Source of the DNA: Vitrella brassicaformis CCMP3155
Taxonomy: Eukaryota > Protista > Chromerida
Direction of reading: 5' to 3'
Assembly: GCA_001179505.1 (NCBI GenBank)
Contig: CDMY01000429.1
Coordinates: 13,889 to 77,888, forward strand
Length of the DNA stretch: 64,000 bases
The notes under the pieces are model-generated. The model saw only the letters and a list, made by a program, of their open reading frames with translations, was not told the origin of the DNA and did not search any database. Numbering within the stretch: the stretch's first letter is position 1; each line of letters begins with the position of its first letter. Positions 1-11,986 of the stretch are shown piece by piece. A program made the position numbers and the translations under genes.

Positions 1-161
1 TGGTTGTGCACAGCTGCCGTGATCGGAGCCCTGGTGGCTGCACATCGTATCAGGATCGGTCGCTGTGTGTCTCAGTGTCTCTGTGTGTGCGTCGGGTGTG
101 TACTGTCGTGTGTGTCGAATGCACATGGCGGGCGGGGCAATGGGCCGGCGGGCGGCACCAT
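1..161 (-). CDS. Fragment of a further copy of the acylated-protein gene (internal exons only, cut by window edge and gap)
   Basis: Matches 2586-2746, including the tggttgtgcacagc variant of the 2174-2961 copy. Confidence 0.6.
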
Positions 162-461
162 NNNNNNNNNNNNNNNNNNNNNNNNNNNNNNNNNNNNNNN
201 NNNNNNNNNNNNNNNNNNNNNNNNNNNNNNNNNNNNNNNNNNNNNNNNNNNNNNNNNNNNNNNNNNNNNNNNNNNNNNNNNNNNNNNNNNNNNNNNNNNN
301 NNNNNNNNNNNNNNNNNNNNNNNNNNNNNNNNNNNNNNNNNNNNNNNNNNNNNNNNNNNNNNNNNNNNNNNNNNNNNNNNNNNNNNNNNNNNNNNNNNNN
401 NNNNNNNNNNNNNNNNNNNNNNNNNNNNNNNNNNNNNNNNNNNNNNNNNNNNNNNNNNNNN
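162..461. other. Assembly gap (300 N placeholder)
   Basis: Exactly 300 N, like the other three gaps. Confidence 1.
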
Positions 462-1018
462 TGTCATATTTCGAATTCCTTCCTTGCTGCCGTTTGTTTT
501 GTCCATGCGGTACGTATGACTGTCGTTGGTAATTAAGTGATTCGGCAGTTGTGTGCACACACTGACACGTGCAGACAGTCAGTCAGAATACACATGTACT
601 GTATACGTATGTGTGTATGTCATGTCGATCGTTGGTATACAGAGGCGCGGCTGACGCCTGTATTTAACAGTGTGTGTGGCTGGTGACATGGACACTTAAC
701 AATCGGTGGCCGCGACGTCAGTCAGTCCACTTGTTCACACACGTCGACGTCGGCACGTACCATCGACACAAAAGTGCTAATTAGCACACATACACATAGG
801 TCTTCGATATCACGGCGTACTCACTGAAGCCCACAAAGGTCAACGACACATCCATCAGGTAAGCGAGGCCCAGGCAGCTTCAACACACGAATGCACACCT
901 GCACGCGACGTACCGACATGACAGCCACATGGGATTACTGCCATCATGCAGAGCACACAGCGCACGTGGCTGTTGGGCCAGTGCCCACCGAAGATGGTCA
1001 TGTATGTGAATGAGTGCA

Positions 1019-1824
1019 TCAGGTGCGGCCCTCGGGCCGCGTCGACTCGATAATGACATCACCTCCGTAGGCCTGACCACACAGACACAGACAGCCACGC
1101 CTTTCACCCGTTACACACTGCCACTTGTGTGTCTCTCTCTGTGTGTGTCAGCCTACCTCTGTGGGCAGCGGTCTGTTCAGGACGTGCTCGTTGACTTCTC
1201 GTGTCAGCTCAGCCATCTCTGTAAGTGAAGCCACACACACAGAGAGACATAATGCCAACACTAGTGGATGGATGGATGTCATGTGTGTGTGGCCTCTCTC
1301 TCTCCCCCTCACTGACTGTCTTCCTTCGTCAGGGCAAACAGCAGACTTTCCTCGAGGGAATCCCCGCCGACCGACAACACACGCATCCGGGGGCGCAAGT
1401 CGACTGCACCCGCATAATGAGGCCATGACACACAGTGACGGTCTGTCTCCCTCACTTTGTGTCGTCTGTGGGGCCGTCGGCTGTCCGATCGTTTGCTGGT
1501 GGTACACAGCTGCCGTGATCGGAGCCCTGGTGGCTGCACATCGTATCAGGATCGGTCGCTGTGTGTCTCAGTGTCTCTGTGTGTGCGTCGGGTGTGTACT
1601 GTCGTGTGTGTCGAATGCACATGGCGGGCGGGGCAATGGGCCGGCGGGCGGCACCATCATCACACCAGGACCTAAGGGAGACACACACACACGAGCCCAG
1701 TGGACACAGCAGCACGACTCCCTCCCGACTCATTCACGCATACCATTCTGCATGACGGGAGGTCCATACGGCATCATCGTGGGGGCAGACGCCTCGTGGT
1801 GCGGCCAATACCCCACTGGGGCGC
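1019..1824 (-). CDS. 3' part (6 exons) of a small Pro-rich protein, copy B: ...GAPVGYWPHHEASAPTMMPYGPPVMQNGPGVMMVPP...DLRPRMRVLSVGGDSLEESLLFALTKEDKMAELTREVNEHVLNRPLPTEAYGGDVIIESTRPEGRT*
   Basis: Minus-strand exons with GT-AG sites join in consistent phases (1,1,1,1,0) and end at TGA 1021-1019. Differences from copy C fall mostly in the predicted introns. Confidence 0.6.
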
Positions 1825-2961
1825 CTGCAGCACACGGACAGAAGACAGAGGGGACATCATGCAGTTAGTTGCANNNNNNNNNNNNNNNNNNNNNNNNNNN
1901 NNNNNNNNNNNNNNNNNNNNNNNNNNNNNNNNNNNNNNNNNNNNNNNNNNNNNNNNNNNNNNNNNNNNNNNNNNNNNNNNNNNNNNNNNNNNNNNNNNNN
2001 NNNNNNNNNNNNNNNNNNNNNNNNNNNNNNNNNNNNNNNNNNNNNNNNNNNNNNNNNNNNNNNNNNNNNNNNNNNNNNNNNNNNNNNNNNNNNNNNNNNN
2101 NNNNNNNNNNNNNNNNNNNNNNNNNNNNNNNNNNNNNNNNNNNNNNNNNNNNNNNNNNNNNNNNNNNNNNNNNCAGCCACGCCTTTCACCCGTTACACAC
2201 TGCCACTTGTGTGTCTCTCTCTGTGTGTGTCAGCCTACCTCTGTGGGCAGCGGTCTGTTCAGGACGTGCTCGTTGACTTCTCGTGTCAGCTCAGCCATCT
2301 CTGTAAGTGAAGCCACACACACAGAGAGACATAATGCCAACACTAGTGGATGGATGGATGTCATGTGTGTGTGGCCTCTCTCTCTCCCCCTCACTGACTG
2401 TCTTCCTTCGTCAGGGCAAACAGCAGACTTTCCTCGAGGGAATCCCCGCCGACCGACAACACACGCATCCGGGGGCGCAAGTCGACTGCACACACACAAA
2501 TAAATGGACGCCATGACACACAGTGACGGTCTGTCTTCCTCACTTTGTGTCGTCTGTGGGGCCGTCGGCTGTCCGATTATGTGTTGGTTGTGCACAGCTG
2601 CCGTGATCGGAGCCCTGGTGGCTGCACATCGTATCAGGATCGGTCGCTGTGTGTCTCAGTGTCTCTGTGTGTGCGTCGGGTGTGTACTGTCGTGTGTGTC
2701 GAATGCACATGGCGGGCGGGGCAATGGGCCGGCGGGCGGCACCATCATCACACCAGGACCTAAGGGAGACACACACACACGAGCCCAGTGGACACAGCAG
2801 CACGACTCCCTCCCGACTCATTCACGCATACCATTCTGCATGCCGGGAGGTCCATACGGCATCATCGTGGGGGCAGACGCCTCGTGGTGCGGCCAATACC
2901 CCACTGGGGCGCCTGCAGCACACAGACAGACGACAGAGGGGGCATCATGCACTTAGTTGCA
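1092..2961. repeat. Near-identical duplicated segment 1092-1873 versus 2174-2961, separated by a 300-N gap (1874-2173)
   Basis: Direct alignment by eye. The copies differ by several SNPs and small indels (e.g. ccgcataatgagg vs acacacacaaataaatggacg), so they are paralogues or alleles rather than a perfect contig overlap. Confidence 0.9.
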
Positions 2962-3157
2962 TTGTGTGCCGCTCACCGTGTGGAGTGAATTTCATTTCGG
3001 TGTCGGTGTCGGACTCGTGACGCGACAGAAAGCACCCGCAGCACGTCTGAACAAATGCGACCCACACAGTGAAGTCACGCACAGTGCATCCCCCATGGCT
3101 GGCTACTCAGCTGACCTTTTCAGAGGGCCTGACGGGGTTGCTTTGTTTGGCGCCCAT
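2239..3157 (-). CDS. 5' part of the small N-myristoylated/S-palmitoylated protein, copy C (MGAKQSNPVRPSEK|TCCGCFLSRHESDTDTEMKFTPHG...)
   Basis: Exon 1 is 3157-3116 (14 codons, phase 0) and exon 2 is 3046-2977 (phase 1), joining the exons shared with copy B. MGxxxS motif followed by a CCGC cluster. Confidence 0.65.
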
Positions 3158-3592
3158 TGCAGTACGGGAGACGCTCACTCAGTGCACAGTGAAGACCGAC
3201 AGGCGACTCAAGGGGGTCACCGGATGGAGCAAAGGATGGAAGGCTCTCAAGTTGAGTCGAACGGGGGAAGAAAGGCAAAATGGGAAGGAGAGGGGGGTGT
3301 CCACAGTCGTTGCACTGCGGAGCGGGAGGGTCGCACAGACCCCACACGACGACAGCGCTCTGCGGCGCTGCAAAGGCGGGAGAACGATGCGAAGAAAGAG
3401 AGAGGGAAACGATGCGATGGAATGCGATGCGAGTCGGGCGGACCCGGGATGACGGTGCTGCTGCACTCGACGGTCAGTCTTTTTTTGCAAACACGCTGGA
3501 CGATGCCTCGATAATCACAAATCGCTGGGAACTGCGCGAGCTTGTTGCGGGGGCGCCCCCAGGTGTGTGAACCTCTGTGTCTTCCCGTGAGA

Positions 3593-5172
3593 ATGGCGGC
3601 GCACAAGACGTTTCTTCTGGTCGCACTGTGCATCCTCGTAGAACTCCTCGTCACCGCCAATGGCGCCCATGAGCAGAGTAAGACCTCCTGGCCCACTGGC
3701 CTGCAGGCATGCCTGCAATGCTGCATTTGGTCTGCATGCGTTCATTCATTCTCGATCTGCCGGTGCGTCAATGTGCGCCCATCGACGAGAAATACGTGCG
3801 CCATGCGTTCATATGTGCGTGTGTGTGGGGGGGCTGCACTGTTGCAATGCAGGGACGTCTGCCGAACTGTCCCTCGTGCAGCTGCAGGAGCAGCTTGACC
3901 GCTACCAGGAGGCCATCGATGCCTTCAACCGCACCACAGCGGCCGCCAACAACCTCGCCCTCCTTGCGCACAACGTCCTCCACCACGCTCAGCAAATACT
4001 CCCGCAACCTCTGACGCACCTCAGTGAATACGTAAGGGCGACACCAGCTGAACTCCACACGTCAATGGACCGCTGCTCTTGTGCTGATTGTGTGTCAGAG
4101 TGACATCTTCGATGCCGTCCTTCACGGCGATGATGCGGCGGTCAATCAGCTGCTGGAGGGGGACCCCACACTGATCGACAAACGAGACTTCTATGGGGTG
4201 TGCAATCGGGAAGGACGATAGAAATGCGCTCAGTGGTCTGTCTGTGTGTTCTCATCAATGCGCGCAGAGGACACCGTTCCTCGATGCTGCTGAGAAGGGT
4301 CACGTGGGCGTCATGAAAGCCATCCATGAGAGCAAATCTGACGTGCTGCAGCAAACAACAGACGTACGCGGTACCGACACAGACAAAGAATGATCTGTGC
4401 TGCTGGTGAGTGATGAGGAGCGATGTGTGTGTTGGCTGTGATGCAATGCAGGATAAAAAGAATGCCCTGCACCTCGCTGCCTACGATGGTCATGTTGCGG
4501 CGGTCGATCAGCTGCTGGAGTGGAATCCCAAACTGATCGATGCAGCTGACAAGGTGACAGAGCACACACACGTCTCTGACACCTCAGTGTGCCAACTGTG
4601 TGTGTGTGCGTTGATTGCAGTATGACAACACGCCACTCATGGGGGCTGCCTTCGGTGGTCATGTCGAGGTGATGGAGGTTTTGTATGCCAAAGGAGGGGA
4701 AGAGCTTCTCAAACAGACGAACAATGTGAGACCTCATTCGCGAAACAGAAACACAGAATGCCTCTCATCTGTCTGATTGCCTTTGCCTGTCTGCATGACA
4801 CACACAGGACAACTGGACGGCACTCCATTGGGCTGTATGGGGGGCTGCGCGCCATGGCAACTCTGCAGCTGTGTCTCAGCTGTGAGCGACACAGATGACT
4901 GACTGACGCGAATGTCTCATCCAATCTCTCTCGGTCTCTCTGTGTGTCTGTCTCAAAGGCTCAAGTGGTATCCCGAACTGCTCGACATCGAAGACAACGA
5001 CGTCAGTACACACAGACATTCACACCATCGATGGTTTGAGTCTTGTGCTTATCGCATCTCATGACGGCAGGGGAAGACGCCGTGGGACTTGGCGGAGAGG
5101 TACAACGAGGCGGAGATCGGAGGGATCATGGCGAACATCAACAAGTGTCAAGAAATTCAATTCGTAGGCTAG
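3593..5172 (+). CDS. Signal-peptide-bearing ankyrin-repeat protein (about 6 repeats, 9 exons)
   Basis: MAAHKTFLLVALCILVELLVTANG leader. Exons read SDIFDAVLHGD.., RTPFLDAAEKGHV.., DKKNALHLAAYDGHV.., YDNTPLMGAAFGGHV.., DNWTALHWA.., GKTPWDLAE..*. All splice phases are consistent. Confidence 0.85.
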
Positions 5173-5669
5173 CTCCACAGATACACACATACACATACAT
5201 ACACACACACAGACTGTAACAGAGAGGGAGACAGAGTGAGAGACACACAGAGAGAGAGGTTTTCCTGGCTGGCTGTGTCTCACTCAGTGAATTGTCCTCC
5301 AACGGATGGATGGATGCGTCACGACCTCGGTCTCTTTTCTTTTCTTTTGTGTTGTTTGTTTCTTTTTTTTTCATTTTTGCCGGAGAGGAGAGAGGGGCAA
5401 AGGGAAGAGAGAGGGGGAAGGGGAACATGCGAACGGAACACTGACCGTCTCGATCGATCCGAAGGACTCTTAAGATGCATGATCGATACGGATGTGCTGA
5501 AGCAATCAAACGAGACGACAGGCAATCAATCGGTTAAATCGATGCACATGAGGTCTTGACACCTCCACACACCCACCCCTGCACCCAACAGGCCCGTAAG
5601 TGGTGTACAGTTCAGTCCCCACACGAGACAGTCTCCATGTGCACAGTGCAGTACCGACACAATGATCGA

Positions 5670-7058
5670 TCACATCACCGGACACAGCTCATGGTCCGCT
5701 GCACCGCGCCCGCCGGGCCAGAACAGCCTCGCTCGACATATTGCTGCACACGTTCAGGGATGCACGGCACGCATTCACCGGGCTGTCAGCGCACACAGTG
5801 TGTGTCTGTCAGGAACGTTTGTACCTCAGCAGCAGTAGGGGCGTTGTGGGTGTTTGTCTCCGTGTTGGTTGTGGGCGTGGTGGCTTCCGTCTGGCGCATG
5901 AGCCTGTCGTCGAGATTGCCGCCATACAGTTCGGCCTCGTCAACCCAGCTGATCGACGACCTGCAGTCAGCACAAATGGATGGATGGATGCCACGATTAC
6001 CTTCGTCTGTGGTGGGTGTCACGGACCTCTCTACGATCCAGTCGATGACCCGCTGTGCCACGAGCATTGCCTCGAGCTTCGACTGCACTCGGGAGTCCTG
6101 CAGATTGAAATACACACACACACATGCGTGTGTGTGTGTGTGGGGGGGGGGGTATTCTTTCTTAGGCGTGTGCGGACCGACCACAAGCTTGAGCTTCTTG
6201 ATGTCTTGCTGCACTGCACCGTGTCGATGGTGATCTGCAGCCCGTCAGGCTACACAGAGACACAAACAGACAGATAGACAGACAGGCACGTGTACTTAAG
6301 CGCAGACTCACCGCCACAGTCAGCCCCTCTCTCTCGGCGATCTCATCCACGATAGGATAAACGATGGATGCCTGCAGCTCCCTGCCCACAAATACACACA
6401 CAGGTATGTGTGCAGTCCAGCAGAGCCGCCCTGTTGAATGCAATGCCTACTCACTACACTGTGTGATGGCGGCTTGTTTCCTGCGAAGGAAGGTACGCAT
6501 CAAGTGAATGCGCTCACAGATGAATGGATGGACGGCCGTTTGTATCGGTATCTGTGCATTCGAAAGTCGAGGTCGGGCTTCACGGCCGTCGCCTGCTCTC
6601 AGCCAGACACACACACATACATACACACATGGGCACTGTGAGTGATGTGTGCGCGTGCCGACAGGCGTCCTGCTGCAGGTACCTACCTCTAGCTGCCTGT
6701 ACATTGTCTCCCCCAGTGTGGCGAATGCGATCGACGGCCATACGTCCATCCGTCTCGATCTGAAACTGGAAGGGTTCGCCGGGCCTTTTGGCGTTTGAGC
6801 ATGCGAGTCCTGATCCACACGTGGGCCAGATCGCATGACAGGCAAACGTCCATGAAGACGCGAGAGACATCCAGCAATCGTCACTTGACGGAATGTATAT
6901 GTATGCCCGCAGCATGGTCTCATCCACTGGCGTATGAGCAATAAGCACGACCACTCACTCACTCACTCCCTCGCTCACCAACAAATACCTCCGGCCTGCC
7001 TGTCTGTCTATCTATCTGCCCCTCAAACACCACACCATAACCCCTTAAGTGTAATCAT
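5670..7058 (-). CDS. Multi-exon hypothetical protein (MITLKGLWPEVFVVDETMLRAYIYIPS...RELQASIVYPIVDEIAERE...VIDWIVERSSISWVDEAELYGG...)
   Basis: Chain of GT-AG exons with coding-like codons. No family recognised; both ends and some junctions are uncertain. Confidence 0.45.
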
Positions 7059-7065
7059 CCGCTAG

Positions 7066-9848
7066 CTATCTGAGATGGTTTTGCAGGCATATGCCCAGCG
7101 CACAGAAAGGGCATTCATCCGACTTCACCCACCCGTCCCCCTCATCGCGCCTCTCACTGGTCCTCGAAGACGACCCCCTCGCTCTCACACACACACGCCC
7201 TCTCTCTCTCTCTTCCCGACCCCCAGACTGCTCAGACGGATATGTGAGGGACCGCTCGCGAGACAACTGCAGCGGGGAAGGGGCCCTGGCCTGACGCGCC
7301 GACGCTCTGCGGGCTGAGCGCTGTTGCGCTGTCGCGGTGGAGGTGCTGGTTCGGTATCCCTCGTGCAGCGACCCCTCCGACGAGGCGCTCGCCGATGTCT
7401 CGGATGACGCGTCACTGAGGTTTGTCGCTCGTGGCTGTTGGCGTGGCTGCTCCCTGGTCTTGCTTGTGCGAGAGGGCGAGGTGGGCCGGTGGGTTGGCGA
7501 GGGCGGGCCACCTGCGGTGCTGGGTGATGCTTGTGCGGTCAAGAGTGTGGTGCGATTGAGGTTGTCGCTGCCAACGAACTCGAAGGGCACGTCCATAACG
7601 TCAAACCATCCCTGCATGAGGGGCGTCACGAAAGTCGTCTGCAGCCGCCGGAACGCCCCCATGCCCCGCTGCCATATCGACGACTGCTCCTCCCGCCCGG
7701 CAGACAATGACGAGGCGTCGCTGGCAGCCGACTGGCTTGCCGGCACGTGCAACTGCTGCTGGTGGTGGTGCTGGTCTTGGCGGTCTTTTGTTGATGGCCT
7801 GGCCTCCTGGATGCGTGTGGTGGGTGAAGAATGGTGGAGGGACGGCCGCTGCGGCTCCTGAGATTGGACGGGCCGGGGCTGCCTTGCCGGTGTCCCCTTC
7901 TTTCGTCTGGCCCTGGGTGGGCTGGCAGGTGTGTGGGAGGGTGGCGTGTCGAGGGCTGACACAGGCAGGTGGATGTGGTGGACGAGAGACCGCCGCTGCA
8001 TGTCCTGATGTCATGATGCCCACATCACAGACACACAAGACAGTAAGGCATCTGCTGGTCAAGTGCTGATTGACTCACCCTGACAGTGCGTATTCGGTAT
8101 GAGGTGAGCCAGAACATGCCGATGACCGTAAAGCTGCCGCCCACGAACAGCAGGGCGTTCAGACCCGCCAGGAACCGCAGAAACGAGTGACGCCGGATCA
8201 GCAAGTGCAGCTCGTGCAACACCTCAAACCAGTCGATGACGGTCGTCTGGTTGGGCTGGTGCAGAGAGCCGTCAACCACCGTCGCCAGCCCTCCCCTCTC
8301 ACGCCTGCCGCTGGTCGTCAGCCCAAGTAACGGCCGATGCTGGTGAATGGCAGCCGAGCCTCGCAGCACACGAGTGGGCCCACTGCTGCCCGATTCCTCC
8401 CAGCAGCTGCCCATCTCGGTTGGGCTGGTGGGTGGTGTCGACGGGGGCATGGCGGCCGATAGACGGACACCGACACCGACATCGGCGTTGGCGGCCTTCA
8501 TGGATGGAATGTGCACGAAGGAGAGGAGAAAGAACGCAGTGCTGCAGAGGAAGAGGATGTACAGGGCGATGTAGAGGTTCCATGTCCACGCGCTCCACCA
8601 CCGCACGGCCAGACGAAAACGCGGCGAGAAAAACACCCACCACTGAACACACACGCACACACGCACACACGGGCGCAGGACTCAAATCTGTATGAGTGCA
8701 ATCAATGCGATGAACGACTCTCCTGATTTGTGGATAGCTGACCAGGACGCTAATGACGGCACAGAAGCCGAGTATGGGCACCTCCGGCATCTTCCACCTG
8801 CCCTCGTGCCGTCCATCCGCCCCCAGGTTCTCCACCATGGCCACGAGCATAGTGAAAAGGGCAAAGAGGGGCAGCCAGATGAGCATCAGCCGCAGCAGCA
8901 GCCAGTGCCGGTCCCGCCACGTCTCCTTGCACAGCTCATAGGGGCAGGTGGGAAACCGGTCCGTCACCTGGAACGGCGTCTGGCACGCCTCACACGCGGG
9001 CGCGTGACGTTGGCACCGAGCCCGCACCTCAGAGGTGTGGCACGCCCGCTCGGCGCAGTGTCTGTGGACCATCATGGCGTCGCCGCACCGTGAGCAGGGT
9101 GCTATCCATGAGGGCAGCGACTGGTTGGGGTGCATCGAGCCCGAGAAGGTCAGATGGAGGGACAAAGGCGAGCCGTAGAGGGTGACGTCATGGCAGATGT
9201 CGAGCAGCGGGGGGCTGCACAGCCGGCAGGTCCGCAGCAGCTGCAAAGGCGGCACACAGGTCTGTCCCACTGTGTTGATGTAGCTGACAGACAGACAGGC
9301 AGACAGACAGACAGGCAGACAGGCAAGCAGCAAGAGAAGAGATGCATGCAGCGCGACACGCATGCGTCCCTTGGCCATTCCCTCCCTCCCTCCCTCCCTC
9401 CCTCACCTGGCCATCTTCCACGGCCTATCGGCCTTAGGCACGCACAGTGCGGCCGAGGATCCCTTCCTCCCGCCCTTGCGAGACCTCAAGAACCGCGCCA
9501 CTGACAGGGCCGTGGGCTTGACCCTTTCGGCCACTTCGGTGCCGTCCATCAGGCCACACCGCGCTGCCCACTTGTGGGCAAAGAAGGCCTTCCAGAACGC
9601 GTCGGTGTCATGCTGCTTGAGCCCTGATGGATGGAATTACACAACACAAACACCCACACACGAGAATCCATCATCAAATGCACATCAGCTGTCAGTGAGC
9701 AGTCGTGTTGCGTCCGTCAGTCATGTGTCGTGTCACCTTTGGACAGTCGCAGCAGGATGAGCATGTCCCTGAAGCGCAGGAAGGAGCCCAGCAAGGTGAG
9801 GAGGTCGATGCTCTCGAAGAACTTGAGGTGGTGGTTCTCTTGCATCAT
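7066..9848 (-). CDS. F-box-like + RING-CH(RINGv)-like + about 4 TM membrane protein with a long Ser/Arg-rich tail (putative E3 ligase)
   Basis: FESIDLLTLLGSFLRFRDMLILLRLSK...DAFWKAFFAHKW (F-box-like); CRLC-x40-CSRC-x6-HRHC-x20-CEAC (C4HC3 variant); hydrophobic helices WLLLRLMLIWLPLFALFTMLVAMV, LYIALYILFLCSTAFFLLSFV and FLAGLNALLFVGGSFTVIGMFW. Exon phases are consistent. The last exon is ambiguous (stop at 7066 or near 7155). Confidence 0.75.
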
Positions 9849-10099
9849 CTTCTACCGCAGACAGACTGATGAGGGAGGCAACCCACTACTGCATCCGTCA
9901 AGGCAGCTAGGGCCATCAGACATCGCGAGGCCTCCCTGATCTCCACAGCAGCAGCGGTTTCAGGTAGCACCCTAGGCGGCGATGGCGACATGCAAGCTCA
10001 CAAATAAGGAAGGGAGGGGCACCGCCCAAAGCACCTCCATATCTTTTGCTTCACTCGTCTTATCTGTATCGCCTCAATTTTTCGCTTCTCGCTGTGATC

Positions 10100-11986
10100 A
10101 TGGACCGTCTGAGCGTGATAAGCGGCCACCTGTCTTCCTCGGCGCAGCCAGCTCCCGCCACGAGCACCACGCCCTCATCTCCCACACGCAGTGGTCGCAA
10201 GAGCGCCCTGGTGGACCCCCTGCAGTTCATGCAGCTCGACGCCATGCTTAGCGCCGGGGAGCGGTCTTTGCGGCAGAGGGCCAGGCGTGTGCTGGAGGAG
10301 GGGCGGGACGACAAGCTGCTCAACGAGCTCTATGAGAGGGCGGAGTTCTCGCCCGCCCTCGTGGACCTCGCCAAACAACTGGGACCCGCCGGACTGCAGA
10401 TCAAGGGCAACGGTGAGGGGGGCAAGGAGGGAATAAGGCGTGTCAGTCTGTACGCCCATTCTGTCTTTCTGTCTGCCTGCCTCCCTGTCTGTCTGTGTTG
10501 ATTGAGTCAGGTTGCCCTGGTCTGACTCAGAGTGAGACGCTGGTGCTGGCCATAGAACTGGGCCGCCTCGACGCGTCGTTCGCCACCTTCTACCTGGTGC
10601 ACAGCGGACTCGCAATGGCCTCCATCAATGTCGCAGGCACGCCCGAGCAGAAGGCCAGGTGGCTGCCACGCATGGCCAGGTACGAGCTCATCGGCGCCTT
10701 CGGCCTCACCGAGCCTGACTACGGCAGCAACGCCACTGGCCTGCAGACAACTGGTGAGCACACACGCCCGTCACTGTGGACTATTCCACGTTCCTGAGTC
10801 ACTGTGGGCTTGTTGTCACTCAACTCACTGTCGTGCAGCTCGGAAAGTGCCCGGCGGCTGGGTGCTGAACGGGCACAAGCGTTGGATCGGCAATGCGACC
10901 TTCTGCGACATCATCGTGGTGTGGGCGCGCGACACGGCGAGCAACGCCATCAAGGGCTTCGTGGTGGAGAAGGGCATGAAGGGCTTCAAGCCACACAAGA
11001 TCGACAACAAGATGTCGCTGCGGATCGTCCAGAACGCCGACTTCGTTCTGGACGAGTGCTTCGTCCCAGAGGACAACCACCTCTCGGCCGCCAAAAAGTT
11101 CTCAGGTGCGTCAGTCAGTCAGTCACCTCAGCCTGCGCGGGCCTCACGAGTGTGATCGATCTGCAAAGGAGACGTGTGCTGCTTGCCTTGCGTGTGCGGC
11201 AGATGGTACTCAGATGGTGTTGGAGTCGTCGCGGGCTGTAGTGGCGGCGAGCGCGGCGGGCTGCCTCCTCGGTGAGTGAGCCCTTCGGTCGGTCGATCGG
11301 CCGATGGCGACCACGACAAGAGAGAGATAGAGCACTTTGGTGCCGGCGCATGTGTATGTCGGCTGTGCGCTCTGCGTGTGTGCAGGTGCGTATGAGCGAG
11401 CGCTGCAGTACTGCATGGACCGCACCCAGTTCAACAAGCCCCTGGCGTCCTTCCAACTCGTCCAGGAGAGACTCATGCGCGCACTCGGACACCTACAGGC
11501 AAGCAATCAATCAATGGGTGGACAGACGAACGGACACAGGACAGAAACCTCTCATTCGCTCTCGCTCTCTCTGTGTGTGGTGCGTGCAGGCCTCCATTCT
11601 GACGGTGATTCGCCTCGGTCGCATGATGGACGAGGTCAGCCAGCACAGCACAGCACCCACACAACCACACCAACACAACAAAGTCATCCACAGACAGACA
11701 GACAGACAGATCGACCGACCGACCAAATGAATGCCATTTGTGTGTGTGTGTGCAGGGCCAGGCTACGATGGCCCAGATAGCGTTGGCCAAGGCCTGGGTG
11801 ACCCGCACCGCCCGCGAGGCCGTGGCGCTGTGCCGGGAGGTCGTGGGGGGCAACGGCATCATATCCGACTTCGGCACCATCAAGCCCCTCATGGACCTGG
11901 AGGCCATCTACACCTACGAGGGCACGTACGACGTCAACATGCTCATCGCCGGCAGACTCGTCACGGGGCTATCAGCCTTCGTCTAG
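10100..11986 (+). CDS. ACX4: Acyl-CoA dehydrogenase-fold enzyme, plant ACX4-like short-chain acyl-CoA oxidase, with N-terminal PTS2
   Basis: [101 protein letters not shown]. The N-terminus [11 protein letters not shown] contains RL-x5-HL. Confidence 0.9.

Noticed and set aside
4-2503. Long ORFs running through N gaps (also at 19.2-20.2 kb and 30.5-31.0 kb)
   Set aside because: They are open only because N codons contain no stops.
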